Assembly: GCA_030740315.1 (NCBI GenBank)
Contig: JASLXN010000004.1
Coordinates: 1-25,803 of the forward strand
Direction: 5' to 3'
DNA from: Dehalococcoidia bacterium
Lineage (GTDB): Bacteria > Chloroflexota > Dehalococcoidia > JACVQG01 > JAHKAY01
DNA length: 25,803 bases
A model generated the notes under the pieces. It worked only from the letters and a program-made list of their open reading frames with translations. It was not told the origin of the DNA and did no database searches. Each line of letters opens with the position of its first letter. Positions within the stretch are counted from its first letter, which is position 1. Below are positions 25,803 through 25,803 of the stretch, in pieces. A program made the position numbers and the translations under genes.

Positions 25803-25803
25803 T

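Overview
A GC-rich bacterial chromosomal window. Its gene content suggests a Chloroflexota/Dehalococcoidia-like organism (inference only). Left to right it holds: ridA; a five-gene split (archaeal-type) glutamate synthase operon on the minus strand (4x[4Fe-4S] protein, FAD/NADH oxidoreductase, GATase, FMN/Fe-S synthase, GXGXG domain); an IpdF-like SDR; tRNA-Pro(GGG) with a probable integrative-element scar at its 3' end; dnaE; ogt; a co-oriented CoA-ester catabolic cluster (family III CoA-transferase, lone BzdO-like subunit, Zn-ADH, SDR, split AtuA pair) followed by a convergent SDR; a roughly 2.2 kb AT-richer decayed patch (degenerate tandem duplication, truncated lipoprotein, internally deleted IS3); and hisB, hisC, hisD with a partial unknown gene upstream. 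The most notable observations are the AtuA/BzdO-like/CoA-transferase cluster, an AtuA homolog whose apparent start codon is ATC, a perfect 19-bp fold-back of the GltB3 C-terminal codons, and a mosaic of palindromic repeats between hisC and hisB that carries a translationally coupled ORF. No CRISPR array or rRNA was seen. Family assignments come from motif recognition and recalled homolog sequences, not from database searches.
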